Shown piece after piece: positions 46,826 through 57,193 of a stretch of DNA of 64,000 nt. The notes under the pieces are model-generated. The model was not told the DNA's origin, searched no databases, and saw only the letters and a list, made by a program, of their open reading frames with translations. The DNA is from Patescibacteria group bacterium (GTDB lineage Bacteria > Patescibacteriota > Minisyncoccia > Portnoybacterales > UBA2143), in contig JAHJSM010000001.1 in assembly GCA_018830295.1 (NCBI GenBank), positions 65,980-129,979 of the forward strand, read 5' to 3'. Every line of letters begins with the position of its first letter. Within the stretch, counting starts at the first letter, position 1. The position numbers and the translations under genes are program-made.

Positions 46826-48255
46826 AAATTTTATTACTTAATCCGCCCTTTAAAAAAAGATTTTCTAGGACATCTCGCAGTCCGTCCGTAACCAGAGGTG
46901 GAACAATTTATTATCCATTTTGGCTGGCCTACACGGCCGGCGTTCTTGATAAAGAAGGTTTTGATCTGACTATTATTGACGCTCCTGCCGAAAATTATAA
47001 CTTAAGCCATGTTTTAGAAAAAACAATAAAATTTCAGCCGCAATTAATAGTAATTGACACAAGCACGCCAAGTATTTTTAACGATATTAAAGTAGCGGAG
47101 CGCTTGAAAAAACTCCTGCCCAACGCCTTTATTGTTCTAGTCGGCACGCACCCGTCTGCCGTTCCAGAAGAAACCTTGGGTTTTAGCAACAAAATAGACG
47201 CTGTCGCTAAAGGAGAATACGATTATACGATTAGAGATTTGGCTTATTGTTTAAAAAACAAAGATGGATTAGAAAAAGTTGACGGTTTAATCTTCAGAAA
47301 AAACAGCCAAATAATCATCAATCAGCCACGAATCTTAATCGAAAATCTTGACGAAATCCCCTTTGTTAGTCAAGTTTATAAAAAATACTTTAATATTAAA
47401 AAATATTTTTTCGCCGCTTCTGATTACCCTTTTGTTATGATGATTACCGGCAGAGGATGCCCTTTTCGCTGTTTTTTTTGTGTTTATCCGCAAACATTTC
47501 ATAGTAGAAAATATCGCTTTAGAAGCCCTGAAAATGTAGTTAAAGAATTTGAATATATTGTTGAAAATCTTCCAGAAGTAAAAGAAATAGGCATTGAAGA
47601 CGATACCTTTACAGCTGATCGCAAGAGAACAGTTAAAATTTGCCAACTACTTATTGAAAGACAAATTAAAATGAAATGGTATTGCAATGTCCGAGCCGAC
47701 TTGGATTTAGCAACAATGAAATGGATGAAAAAAGCCGGATGCCATTTGCTGACGATCGGTTTTGAAAGCGGGAATCAAAATGTTCTTAATAATATTCATA
47801 AAGGAATAACCATAGAACAAATCAAGGAATTTACTAAAAACGCAAGAAAAACAGACATTTTAGTTCATGGTTGTTTTATGGCTGGCAATCCAGGAGAGAC
47901 AAAAGAAACATTAGAAGAGACATTAACCCTCGCTAAGGAAATAAATTGCGACAGTATGCAATTTTATCCCTTGATAGTTTACCCGGGAACCGAAGCGTAT
48001 CAATGGGCAAAAGAAAATAAATATTTAATCAGTTCAGATTATAGACAATGGGCAACTAAAGAAGGGATGTACAATTGCATTCTTAATTTCCCCCACTTAA
48101 GCTCTCAAGAAATTCTTAATTACTGCAACCGAGCGACAAGAGAATATTATTTAAGGCCTGCCTATATTTTAATGAAAATCAAACAGATGATTCTCCATCC
48201 TCAAGAAATTGGAAGGACGATAAAGTCAGCTAAAACATTTTTTAAATACCTATGA
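46822..48255 (+). CDS. B12-binding-domain radical SAM protein, copy 2
   Basis: 477 aa. TGRGCPFRCFFC is present. The N-terminal B12-binding-like domain carries VGTHPS. Confidence 0.7.
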   Translation: MKILLLNPPFKKRFSRTSRSPSVTRGGTIYYPFWLAYTAGVLDKEGFDLTIIDAPAENYNLSHVLEKTIKFQPQLIVIDTSTPSIFNDIKVAERLKKLLPNAFIVLVGTHPSAVPEETLGFSNKIDAVAKGEYDYTIRDLAYCLKNKDGLEKVDGLIFRKNSQIIINQPRILIENLDEIPFVSQVYKKYFNIKKYFFAASDYPFVMMITGRGCPFRCFFCVYPQTFHSRKYRFRSPENVVKEFEYIVENLPEVKEIGIEDDTFTADRKRTVKICQLLIERQIKMKWYCNVRADLDLATMKWMKKAGCHLLTIGFESGNQNVLNNIHKGITIEQIKEFTKNARKTDILVHGCFMAGNPGETKETLEETLTLAKEINCDSMQFYPLIVYPGTEAYQWAKENKYLISSDYRQWATKEGMYNCILNFPHLSSQEILNYCNRATREYYLRPAYILMKIKQMILHPQEIGRTIKSAKTFFKYL

Positions 48256-49541
48256 TTCAAGCAGTTATTCTCGCGGGAGGCAAGGGTACGCGACTTAACG
48301 CAAAAACTAAAAAAATCCCCAAACCGATGATAAAAATCGGTTTTTTACCTGTGTTAGAACACCAAATTAACCTGCTCAAAAGATATGGTATAAAAGATAT
48401 TTTTATTTTAACCGGTTACTTGTCGGAAGTTATTGAAAATCATTTTGAAAATAAAAAATTCCCGGGCATAAAAATCACTTGCCTTAAATCAGATGAAAAC
48501 ATTGGACCAGCCGACAGAGTTAAATCAGCTGAAAATTACTTAACTGATGATTTTCTTGTTTTTTACGGAGATGTTATGTTGGATATGGATTTGAAAAAAT
48601 TGCTTGATTTCCACAAAAGCAAAAATGGAATTGCTACTTTAACAATCCATCCAAACGATCATCCCTATGACAGCGATTTAGTTGAAATAGATAATAACCA
48701 ACAAATCGTCGCATTTCACTCAAAACCGCATCAGCCAGGAAAATATTTAAGAAATCTCGATAACGCTTGCGTTTATATATTTTCTAAAAAAATATTCAAA
48801 TATCTTAAACCTCAAAAAAATACTATCTTAGACTTCGGTAAGCATATTTTCCCAAAAATATATAAAAAAGAAAAACTTTTCGGCTATAATACACCAGAAT
48901 ACATTAAAGATATGGGAACTCCAGAACGGTTAAAACAAGTAACCAAGGATTATTTAAGCGGAAAAATTAAAAGATTGAATATAAAGAATAAAAGAAGGGC
49001 TATTTTTTTAGATAGAGATGGAGTCATTAATTATGACCCTGATAATTTGTCAGACATAAATGACTTTAAACTTTTATCAGGCGCGGCAAAAGCCACTAAG
49101 TTAATTAACTCATCCGAGTATTTATCTATTTTAGTCACAAACCAACCGATGGTCGCTAAGGGGTTTATTACTTTTAAGGATTTAGAACAAATACACAAAA
49201 AAATGGAAACTCTTTTAGGAGAAAAAGGAGCGAAATTAGACGGTATTTATTTTTGCCCCCATCATCCAGAAAAAAACTTTCCTGGTGTTCCTAAATTAAG
49301 AATTAAATGCGATTGCAGAAAGCCGAAACCAGGAATGATTTTCAGGGCGCGAAAAGATTACAATATTGATTTAAAAAAATCTTGGATAATTGGAGATTCC
49401 CAAAGAGATATAGAAGCGGGAATAAACGCTGGCATTAAAACAATATTGGTTAAAAAAAACCAAAGAAAATTTGAAGAATGCCAAATAAAGACAAAAAGAA
49501 CAAACAATATTTATTCAGCGGTTAGATATGTATTAAAATGA
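48252..49541 (+). CDS. bifunctional D-glycero-alpha-D-manno-heptose-1-phosphate guanylyltransferase (HddC-like) fused to D,D-heptose-1,7-bisphosphate phosphatase (GmhB)
   Basis: 429 aa. The N-terminal MIQAVILAGGKGTRL is the nucleotidyltransferase signature. The C-terminal AIFLDRDGVIN...CRKPKPGM...GDSQRDIEAG is the HAD-IIIA GmhB signature. Confidence 0.75.
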   Translation: MIQAVILAGGKGTRLNAKTKKIPKPMIKIGFLPVLEHQINLLKRYGIKDIFILTGYLSEVIENHFENKKFPGIKITCLKSDENIGPADRVKSAENYLTDDFLVFYGDVMLDMDLKKLLDFHKSKNGIATLTIHPNDHPYDSDLVEIDNNQQIVAFHSKPHQPGKYLRNLDNACVYIFSKKIFKYLKPQKNTILDFGKHIFPKIYKKEKLFGYNTPEYIKDMGTPERLKQVTKDYLSGKIKRLNIKNKRRAIFLDRDGVINYDPDNLSDINDFKLLSGAAKATKLINSSEYLSILVTNQPMVAKGFITFKDLEQIHKKMETLLGEKGAKLDGIYFCPHHPEKNFPGVPKLRIKCDCRKPKPGMIFRARKDYNIDLKKSWIIGDSQRDIEAGINAGIKTILVKKNQRKFEECQIKTKRTNNIYSAVRYVLK

Positions 49542-50512
49542 TAATTTCCAAGACGCCATTAAGAATCAGTTTCGTGGGGGGAGGAACTGATTTAGAAGCA
49601 TTTTACAAACATCATTATGGCATGGTGGTTAACGCCGCGATTAATAAATATATCTATATTTGCGTCCATAGACATTTTGACGGAAACAAATTTTTGCTCA
49701 AATATTCAAAGATAGAAGAAGGGTATGATGTTAATAAAATAAAGAACAACCTCATCAGGGAGGCCATGAAATTGACCAAGGTAAGCGGAGTGGAAATTGT
49801 TTCTATGTCCGATATGCCCGTCACGGGCACAGGGTTGGGGTCTTCAAGCAGTTTTATTGTGGGCGTCCTCAACGCTTTGTACGCTTATAAAGGCGAATAT
49901 AAATCGCCTGAAGAATTAGCAAGGGACGCCTGTAAAATAGAAATTGATATATTAAATAATCCTATTGGAAAGCAAGACCAATATATCGCCGCTTACGGCG
50001 GTTTAAGATCTTTTACATTTCACAAGAACGGACAAGTAAAAATGAAAGAAATTGTATTAAATAAAAATCAAAAAAAAGAGTTGGACTCTAATCTGCTTTT
50101 GTTTTATACTGACAAGACAAGAAAGGCGAATAGCATTTTAAGCAAGCAAAAAGACAAAACGGAAGAAAAAATAAAGTCCCTTCTTAAAATGAGAAATTTG
50201 GCAAAAACAATGAAAGAGTGTATGGATAATTGTCAATTAGATAAATTTGGAGAATTATTGCGTCAAAATTGGATAGAAAAAAGACAATTAGTTGACGGCA
50301 TAACCGACTCAAAAATAGATTATTACTATCAAAAAGCCATAGACAACGGAGCTGTTGGCGGGAAGTTATGCGGCGCGGGAGGAGGCGGGTTTTTGCTTTT
50401 CTATTGCGAAAAAAATAAGCAAAATCGCCTCCGAAAAGCGTTAAGCGACTTAGAGGAAACACCGTTTAGTTTTGAACTAAACGGGAGCAAAATAATACAC
50501 GATATATTATAA
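49538..50512 (+). CDS. hddA: GHMP sugar kinase, probable D-glycero-alpha-D-manno-heptose-7-phosphate kinase
   Basis: 324 aa. PLRISFVGGGTDL and the GHMP motif VTGTGLGSSSSF are present. Context: it lies between HddC-GmhB and GmhA. Confidence 0.6.
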   Translation: MIISKTPLRISFVGGGTDLEAFYKHHYGMVVNAAINKYIYICVHRHFDGNKFLLKYSKIEEGYDVNKIKNNLIREAMKLTKVSGVEIVSMSDMPVTGTGLGSSSSFIVGVLNALYAYKGEYKSPEELARDACKIEIDILNNPIGKQDQYIAAYGGLRSFTFHKNGQVKMKEIVLNKNQKKELDSNLLLFYTDKTRKANSILSKQKDKTEEKIKSLLKMRNLAKTMKECMDNCQLDKFGELLRQNWIEKRQLVDGITDSKIDYYYQKAIDNGAVGGKLCGAGGGGFLLFYCEKNKQNRLRKALSDLEETPFSFELNGSKIIHDIL

Positions 50513-50533
50513 TTAGATAATTTACTTAAAAAA

Positions 50534-51955
50534 ATGAAATTATTTTTAGTGATGCCACCAATTGCTATATCTAAAGGTTATTACTCAACTAATAGTGATT
50601 TTGAGTTTCCTGTGTCTCTCTGCTATATAGCTGCTTTAATGGAAAAAAATGGTAAAAAAGTTAAAGTTTTTGATGGTCGCTTATCCCAAAATTTAGAAGA
50701 AGAATTCTCTAATTTACTTGATAAGAATAATTTTGATGTTATAGGCTTTAGTACGGTTACTCCTTCTATCACAAGCACTATGAGATTGGCAGCATTAGCT
50801 AAACAAAAAAACCCCTGTATTATTACGATTATTGGAGGGGCTCATCCTACGGTGGTTGGACCTAAAGTATTAGAACAATTCCAAGATATTGATATTGCAG
50901 TCTTTGGAGAGGGCGAACAAACCGTAATAGAACTTTTGCAAAATTTAGAAGAAAAAAAGCCATTGGAAAAAGTTTGTGGAATAGCTTTTCGAAAAGATTC
51001 AAAAATAGTGCAAACCGGCAAACGAGAGCTAATTAAAGATTTAGATGCTCTTCCTTATCCAGCTTACCATATGGTAGATCTTTTAAAATATGGAACTAAT
51101 CCCGGATTGTTTTTTGAAAAACCAATAATTGCAATAATTACTTCTCGAGGATGTCCTTTTGACTGTAATTTTTGCGCTGATACACTTATATGGCAAGGCA
51201 AGGTTCGCTTCCGTAGTGCTCAAAAAGTAGTTGACGAGATGCAGCTTTTGGTAAAAGAATATGGAGTTAAAGAGATAAAGTTTTTTGATGATACATTTAC
51301 GATAAATAGAAAGCGGGCAGTAGAAATTTGTAATGAAATTTTAAAGAGAAAGCTAAATGTAATATGGAGATGTGCTTCTAGGGTAGATGCAGTTGATCTT
51401 GAATTGCTGAAATTGATGAAAAAAAGTGGATGTTGTAGTATCTCTTTTGGTCTTGAGTCTGGAAGTGACGAAATTTTAAAAAGGATGAATAAAAGAACAA
51501 CCACTCAACAAGGAAGAGTTGCTGTAAAATTAGCTAAACAGGCAGGCTTATATGTAAACGGTCTTTTTATGTTAAATTATCCTGGAGATACCATAGAAAC
51601 CACTGAACAGACAATACGTTTTTCCCGAGAATTAGATCTTGATTATGCTGGTTTTAATCTAGTTATCCCACATTTTGGCACCAAAATGTATAAAGAAATA
51701 AAAGACAACTATAGAGTAGAGCCAAAAGTATGGGACAACCCTGATGCACCTTTGGGTAACCAAATTTATTTTTATCAAGATTCTTTGCCATCAGATTACT
51801 TAATAAAGGCTTATCGGAGAGCAAGTTTAGGGTTTTATATGCGACCAAAGATAGTTTTTAAAAGTCTATTACGAATTAAAAATTTTGCAATGCTAAAAAG
51901 TTATATCATTGGCGCATTACAGTTACTTAAGCTTCGGGCTAAAAAAAGCAATTAA
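50534..51955 (+). CDS. B12-binding-domain radical SAM protein, copy 3
   Basis: 473 aa. TSRGCPFDCNFC and IGGAHPT are present. Confidence 0.7.
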   Translation: MKLFLVMPPIAISKGYYSTNSDFEFPVSLCYIAALMEKNGKKVKVFDGRLSQNLEEEFSNLLDKNNFDVIGFSTVTPSITSTMRLAALAKQKNPCIITIIGGAHPTVVGPKVLEQFQDIDIAVFGEGEQTVIELLQNLEEKKPLEKVCGIAFRKDSKIVQTGKRELIKDLDALPYPAYHMVDLLKYGTNPGLFFEKPIIAIITSRGCPFDCNFCADTLIWQGKVRFRSAQKVVDEMQLLVKEYGVKEIKFFDDTFTINRKRAVEICNEILKRKLNVIWRCASRVDAVDLELLKLMKKSGCCSISFGLESGSDEILKRMNKRTTTQQGRVAVKLAKQAGLYVNGLFMLNYPGDTIETTEQTIRFSRELDLDYAGFNLVIPHFGTKMYKEIKDNYRVEPKVWDNPDAPLGNQIYFYQDSLPSDYLIKAYRRASLGFYMRPKIVFKSLLRIKNFAMLKSYIIGALQLLKLRAKKSN

Positions 51956-51976
51956 TACAACAATACACAATGAACA

Positions 51977-52564
51977 ATGAAAAAATTAACCGAAAATTAC
52001 TTCAGTGAAATTAAGCAAACGCTGGATAAAATACCTCTTAAAGATATAGAAAAATTTGCTTCAACGCTTTATAATGTCTATCTAAAGGGAGGACATATTT
52101 TTATTATGGGCAACGGAGGAAGCGCTTCAACCGCCTCGCATTTCGCTTGCGATTTAAGCAAGGGCGTTTTATCTCCGAAAAATCATAAAAAGATTAAAAG
52201 ATTAAAAGTAACATCTTTAACGGACAACATGGCAACCATTACCGCGTGGAGCAATGATCTTAGTTATGAAAAAATTTTTTCGGAACAATTAAACAACTTG
52301 TCGCGCGAAGGCGACGCGGTCATAGGAATTAGCGCTAGTGGCAATTCCCCTAATATTATAGACGCCATAAAAACAGCGAAAAAGAAAAAAACGATTACTC
52401 TTGGTTTGGCTGGATTTAATGGAGGAAAATTGGCTAAAATGGCTGATATTTGTATCACAGCAAAAGTAGATAAATATGATATCGCGGAAGATATTCATTT
52501 AATGTTGGCGCACATTATTACCCGACATTTTTTTAATTTAATAAATAAAAAAAATTATGAGTAA
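51977..52564 (+). CDS. gmhA: sedoheptulose-7-phosphate isomerase (SIS domain)
   Basis: 195 aa. IFIMGNGGSASTASHFACDL and GISASGNSPNIIDAI...LGLAGFNGGKLAKMAD match the GmhA signature. Confidence 0.8.
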   Translation: MKKLTENYFSEIKQTLDKIPLKDIEKFASTLYNVYLKGGHIFIMGNGGSASTASHFACDLSKGVLSPKNHKKIKRLKVTSLTDNMATITAWSNDLSYEKIFSEQLNNLSREGDAVIGISASGNSPNIIDAIKTAKKKKTITLGLAGFNGGKLAKMADICITAKVDKYDIAEDIHLMLAHIITRHFFNLINKKNYE

Positions 52565-53243
52565 AGAAAACACAAAAGAAGGATGGGGAGGACATTGGGG
52601 TTCTAAAGATGTGATTAAAAGATTAAAAGAAGCAAATACGGCATATCCAGAAGTTGTTAAATTGCTTCTAAATTTAAGCGATGAAAATTCAAATTGTATT
52701 GAACTCGGCTGTGGCAGTGGAACTTACGCCATTGAATTATTAGCCAATAACAGAAAATGCATCGCCTCGGATTTTTCCGAAGACGCGTTAAAATTAACTA
52801 AAAAAAGAGGATTGAAACTTCATAATATAGATGTCCCAACCCAATTGATAAATATATATAATATCCCCTATCCTGATAATTCGTTTGATTTAATTTTCTC
52901 TGATGGGGTTATTGAACATCTTGATATTCCAAAAGCGTTAAAAGAGATGAAAAGAGTATTAAAACCAAACGGATGGATGATCGCGAAAGTCCCTAGTGGG
53001 TCTCTATTGTATAGAATTATTTTCCATTTATTAAGTCCAATAGAAAATCGTCCTTATGAAGCATGGTTTTGTAAAAAAGATTGGCAAAAGTTAGTCGTTA
53101 ACGAAAATTATCAAAATGTTGATATTTCTAAATGCGGTAGCGTTTTGACAGGATTCGCAATGAGGATTCATAAAATGAAAAATCTATTGAGTCGCTTACC
53201 ATCTATCGGAAGAATCTATTTTCTAATTAAGGCGCAAAAATAA
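52557..53243 (+). CDS. class I SAM-dependent methyltransferase
   Basis: 228 aa. IELGCGSGTYA and FDLIFSDGVIEHL are present. Confidence 0.65.
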   Translation: MSKENTKEGWGGHWGSKDVIKRLKEANTAYPEVVKLLLNLSDENSNCIELGCGSGTYAIELLANNRKCIASDFSEDALKLTKKRGLKLHNIDVPTQLINIYNIPYPDNSFDLIFSDGVIEHLDIPKALKEMKRVLKPNGWMIAKVPSGSLLYRIIFHLLSPIENRPYEAWFCKKDWQKLVVNENYQNVDISKCGSVLTGFAMRIHKMKNLLSRLPSIGRIYFLIKAQK

Positions 53244-53245
53244 TT

Positions 53246-54682
53246 ATGAAAATATTGATTGTTTGGCCAAATATTGAAAGCAATGCCCGTTACGAAGTTA
53301 ATATGGGTATTTGTTTAATTTCTTCAATCTTAAAAAAGGCGGGACATCAAACTCTTTTTTTTAATCCAAATACTTTCTCTAAAAAAGAATTTATTTCAAT
53401 AATCAATAGATTTAACCCTGACTTGGTTGGTTTTTCGGTTACCACTCATCAATTTAAATACGCTATTGAATATGCGAAAGTTGCGAAACAAACCAGAGAT
53501 GTCCTTACAATTTTCGGCGGTTTTCATCCAACTCTTTCTCCTGAAAGCGCGATATCAAACCCGTATGTAGATATTGTTTGTCGAGGCGAAGGCGAATTCG
53601 CTGTCCTTGAATTAGTCAACGCCTTGGAGAAAAAAGAAGATTACACAAAAATTCCTAATCTTTGGGTCAAAAAGAACGGAAAAATTATCAAAAATAATTT
53701 ACGCCGATTAGTAGAAAACCTTGACTCGCTCCCCTTCCCCGACAGAGAGTTTATTAATCAAGAGGAAATCCTTAAAAATAATGGCTTCCGCTTAGACATA
53801 GCCATCGGACGCGGTTGTCCTTATAATTGTCCTTACTGCTGTAATTCGGCTCTTCGTAAAATTTACCAAAATAACGGACAATTTATCCGCTTAAGAAGCG
53901 TGGATAATGTTCTAACTGAGTTAAACAATATTTTAAAAAAATATCGCGTTAATGAAATTCATTTTCAAGACGATATGTTCTTACTTAACAAAGAATGGAT
54001 AAGAGAGTTTGCGGATAAATATTCCGCAAGCTGCCAAATCCCATTTCATATTAGCGCGAGAATCGAACATATTGACGAAGAGGCGGTAAAATTATTAAAA
54101 AGGGCCAATTGTGTGAGTGTCACCGTGGGGGTAGAAAGCGGAAATGAATGGCTTAGAAAAACAATTCTCAACAAAAAAACAAGCAACGAAGAAATATTAA
54201 AAGCCAGGGCATTATTAAAAGATGCTGGTATTAAAATTTGTTCTTTAAATATGGTTGGCATTCCCGAAGAAACACCAGAGATGATTAGAGAAACGATAAA
54301 CTTCAATAAGAAATTAGATCCCGATTGGTTGGCTTGTTCTATTTTTTCTCCATACCCAGGAACAGATCTCTATAATCTTTGCAAAGAAAAAAAATTTATT
54401 AAAAAAGATTTTATGCATTTTTCCTCAAGTTATTTGAATGAAAAAAGCGCTTCAATTTTAAAATTGCCAACAATCTCGGAAAAGGAAGTTATCACTGGCC
54501 ACCGCCAATTTATGAATTTTGCCATTAAAAAATATATTGAAGAAAAATATCCGCTATTGCTTCCTTTTTTTATTATCATTTCTCCGTTGTTAAAAACGCC
54601 ATTAAGGGGATATATTATTAAAGTTGGAACATTTTTAATTTTTGACAAAGGCATATTTAGAAAAAAAGCGAATAATTCTTAA
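53246..54682 (+). CDS. B12-binding-domain radical SAM protein, copy 4
   Basis: 478 aa. IGRGCPYNCPYC and FGGFHPT are present. Confidence 0.7.
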   Translation: MKILIVWPNIESNARYEVNMGICLISSILKKAGHQTLFFNPNTFSKKEFISIINRFNPDLVGFSVTTHQFKYAIEYAKVAKQTRDVLTIFGGFHPTLSPESAISNPYVDIVCRGEGEFAVLELVNALEKKEDYTKIPNLWVKKNGKIIKNNLRRLVENLDSLPFPDREFINQEEILKNNGFRLDIAIGRGCPYNCPYCCNSALRKIYQNNGQFIRLRSVDNVLTELNNILKKYRVNEIHFQDDMFLLNKEWIREFADKYSASCQIPFHISARIEHIDEEAVKLLKRANCVSVTVGVESGNEWLRKTILNKKTSNEEILKARALLKDAGIKICSLNMVGIPEETPEMIRETINFNKKLDPDWLACSIFSPYPGTDLYNLCKEKKFIKKDFMHFSSSYLNEKSASILKLPTISEKEVITGHRQFMNFAIKKYIEEKYPLLLPFFIIISPLLKTPLRGYIIKVGTFLIFDKGIFRKKANNS

Positions 54683-54688
54683 AAATAT

Positions 54689-56104
54689 ATGAAAACGCGC
54701 TTGAATGGAAATAAAAAAAACGCAAAAGTTCTTTTAGTCCAACCTAATTATTCCCAGCAAAAAAAATATACGAGATACAGTATTAGTCCGCCATTGGGAC
54801 TGGCGTATATCGCGGCTACTTTGGAAAAAAATGGAATATGTGTTGAAATACTTGACGCTAATGCGTTGAATTTAAGTGTTCAAGATGTTGTCCGGAAAGT
54901 AAAAGAAATTCAAGCCGATATCGTTGGCGTAAGTATTTTAATGACTGGATATAAATACGGCGTAGAAATCGCGAGGAAAATTCCAAAAAATATTTTATCT
55001 GTTTGCGGAGGAGCTTATCCAAGCAGTGTTCCAGAACAAATCATAAAAGATGGCTTTGATATTGCCGTTAAAGGAAGAGGGGAGCAGCCGATGTTGGACT
55101 TGGCTTTAGGCAAAAAAATAGAGGATATTCCTGGTATATATTATCAAAAAGATAAAAAAATAAACCATAATCCTCCGCATGCCGCAAATAACCTTAAATC
55201 AGACCCCTTGCCCTTGCCTGCCAGACATTTATTAATTAATAACGGAGTAAATTTACCCTACCAGTTGGCTGGAACAATGTACTTCCCTTGGTCGCCTATA
55301 TTTACAAGTATCGGATGTCCTTACCAATGTTATTATTGTAGCAAGCAAGTTTTTGATAGATTTATGCCCAGAAGTCCAGAAGATATTTTCAATGAGATAG
55401 AATTTTTAGTAAAACAATATCAAGTAAAAGAAATTGATGTTTATGATGACTGTTTTAATGCCGACATTAATAGAGCCGAAAAAATTCTTGATTTGATTAT
55501 TAAAAGCGGATTAGATATAAAACTACGATTTCCAAATGGAATTAGAGCGAATAATGTTAATGAATTATTCATTAAGAAAATGAAAAAAGCCGGTTGCGTC
55601 GAGATAGCCTACGGTATTGAATCTGGGAATCAAGAGGTCTTAAACAAAATACCAAAAGCGCTCTTATTGGAAGATGTGAGAAAAGCAGTTCAATACACTA
55701 AAAAAGAAAATATTTTAACTATTGGTTTTTTTATTTTAGGTCTCCGCGGAGATAACGAAAAAAGTATGCAAGAAACAATTGATTTTGCTAAAGAACTTAG
55801 CGTAGATGTCCCATTTTTTAGCATCCTTACTCCATATCCAGGAACGCCGCTTTGGAAAACAATTGAAGAAAATGGAGAATTCCTAATTGAAGACTATGAC
55901 GACCTTCATCAAAGCAGCGGAAAAATGATTTTTTCCCATCCTGATTTTCCATCACCCGAGTTGGTTGAAAAAATGTATAAAAAAGCGTATCGCGAAATAT
56001 ATTTTTCATTTAAATATATATTTCAAACTATATCAAAATTAACACGGAAACAATTCGTCTTAGGTGTTAAAGGATTGCCAAGCATAATTAAAAATTCTTT
56101 TTAA
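54689..56104 (+). CDS. B12-binding-domain radical SAM protein, copy 5
   Basis: 471 aa. TSIGCPYQCYYC and CGGAYPS are present. Confidence 0.7.
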   Translation: MKTRLNGNKKNAKVLLVQPNYSQQKKYTRYSISPPLGLAYIAATLEKNGICVEILDANALNLSVQDVVRKVKEIQADIVGVSILMTGYKYGVEIARKIPKNILSVCGGAYPSSVPEQIIKDGFDIAVKGRGEQPMLDLALGKKIEDIPGIYYQKDKKINHNPPHAANNLKSDPLPLPARHLLINNGVNLPYQLAGTMYFPWSPIFTSIGCPYQCYYCSKQVFDRFMPRSPEDIFNEIEFLVKQYQVKEIDVYDDCFNADINRAEKILDLIIKSGLDIKLRFPNGIRANNVNELFIKKMKKAGCVEIAYGIESGNQEVLNKIPKALLLEDVRKAVQYTKKENILTIGFFILGLRGDNEKSMQETIDFAKELSVDVPFFSILTPYPGTPLWKTIEENGEFLIEDYDDLHQSSGKMIFSHPDFPSPELVEKMYKKAYREIYFSFKYIFQTISKLTRKQFVLGVKGLPSIIKNSF

Positions 56105-56110
56105 AAACCA

Positions 56111-57193
56111 ATGAATAAAATTTATTACTTAATTTATCGAATCGGACTTACTTTTAAATATGGTTTCTTATGGAGAAAACCATTCTTTTTAGCAAAAGCG
56201 ATAAAAAATACTCTTCTTCACCGATTAAATTTAAAAAAAACATTTACTTTGCGCTCTTTATGTTTGGCTATCACTTATGCCTGTAATTACAATTGCCCTT
56301 ACTGTCTTACTAGGGAAATGATGAAAAAAAGAGGCAAGGAAGAATTTTTAAAGTTGACTGACTATAAAAGAATCTCCAAAGAAGCAAAAAAAATGGGGGC
56401 TATCTCTTACGCCTTTCAAGGGGGAGAAATTTGGCTTCGTAAAGATTTTAGAGAAATTATTCAGGCCTTTGAACCAAAAAAAAATTACATAACTATTACT
56501 ACTAATGGAACCTTTCTTAATGAAAAAGAAATCCAAAAATTGGTAGATTTGAAAATTGATAAGATATTATTTAGTTTAGAAAGTGGCTTGCCTTATGAAC
56601 ATGATAAGGCAGTCCATCAACCTGGAGCCTACGATGCTATTATGAAGGTCATCAATCTCACCTTAAAGAATAAAATAAAGGTTGGAATTAATTTAACTTT
56701 ATCAAAAAGAAACCTTTATTCTGAAGGATTTAAAAAGCTAATAGAATTTTGCGATCAACAAAAAATACTCTTAAACATTATTTTTGGCTGCGCTTTGGGT
56801 AATTGGAAGAAATATCGAAGCGCAATGTTATCTGAAAAAGATATAGAATATTATAATAAAAATATAGTCCCCCTTTCTCCGTGTCTTAATAGGCATTTAA
56901 ATTTTAATTATAACGGTCATTATGGTTGTCCAGCCGCTAAGGAGATTTTTTATATTAACCCTTGGGGAGATGTCTTAGCTTGTCCTTTTAACCACACATT
57001 TTTTGGCAGCCTCAAAAAAGACTCTTTAAGAAAAATTCATAATCGTGTTTCAAAAATTAAATGGTTTAGTCATTTTCACCCCCGATGTTTAGTCGCCGAA
57101 GAAAAAGCCTTTATGGATGATTATTATCCATCTTTGGGCCAAAGCCAGTACGGCTATATCGACTATACTCACTGGATAAAAAAACAAAAATGA
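56111..57193 (+). CDS. radical SAM protein with C-terminal SPASM/twitch-like Cys cluster, copy B
   Basis: 360 aa. CNYNCPYCL and FQGGEIWLRKD are present. The C-terminal Cys residues are SPCLN...GCPA...ACPF...RCL. Its 3' end overlaps the start of GT2 57190..58158. Confidence 0.65.
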   Translation: MNKIYYLIYRIGLTFKYGFLWRKPFFLAKAIKNTLLHRLNLKKTFTLRSLCLAITYACNYNCPYCLTREMMKKRGKEEFLKLTDYKRISKEAKKMGAISYAFQGGEIWLRKDFREIIQAFEPKKNYITITTNGTFLNEKEIQKLVDLKIDKILFSLESGLPYEHDKAVHQPGAYDAIMKVINLTLKNKIKVGINLTLSKRNLYSEGFKKLIEFCDQQKILLNIIFGCALGNWKKYRSAMLSEKDIEYYNKNIVPLSPCLNRHLNFNYNGHYGCPAAKEIFYINPWGDVLACPFNHTFFGSLKKDSLRKIHNRVSKIKWFSHFHPRCLVAEEKAFMDDYYPSLGQSQYGYIDYTHWIKKQK

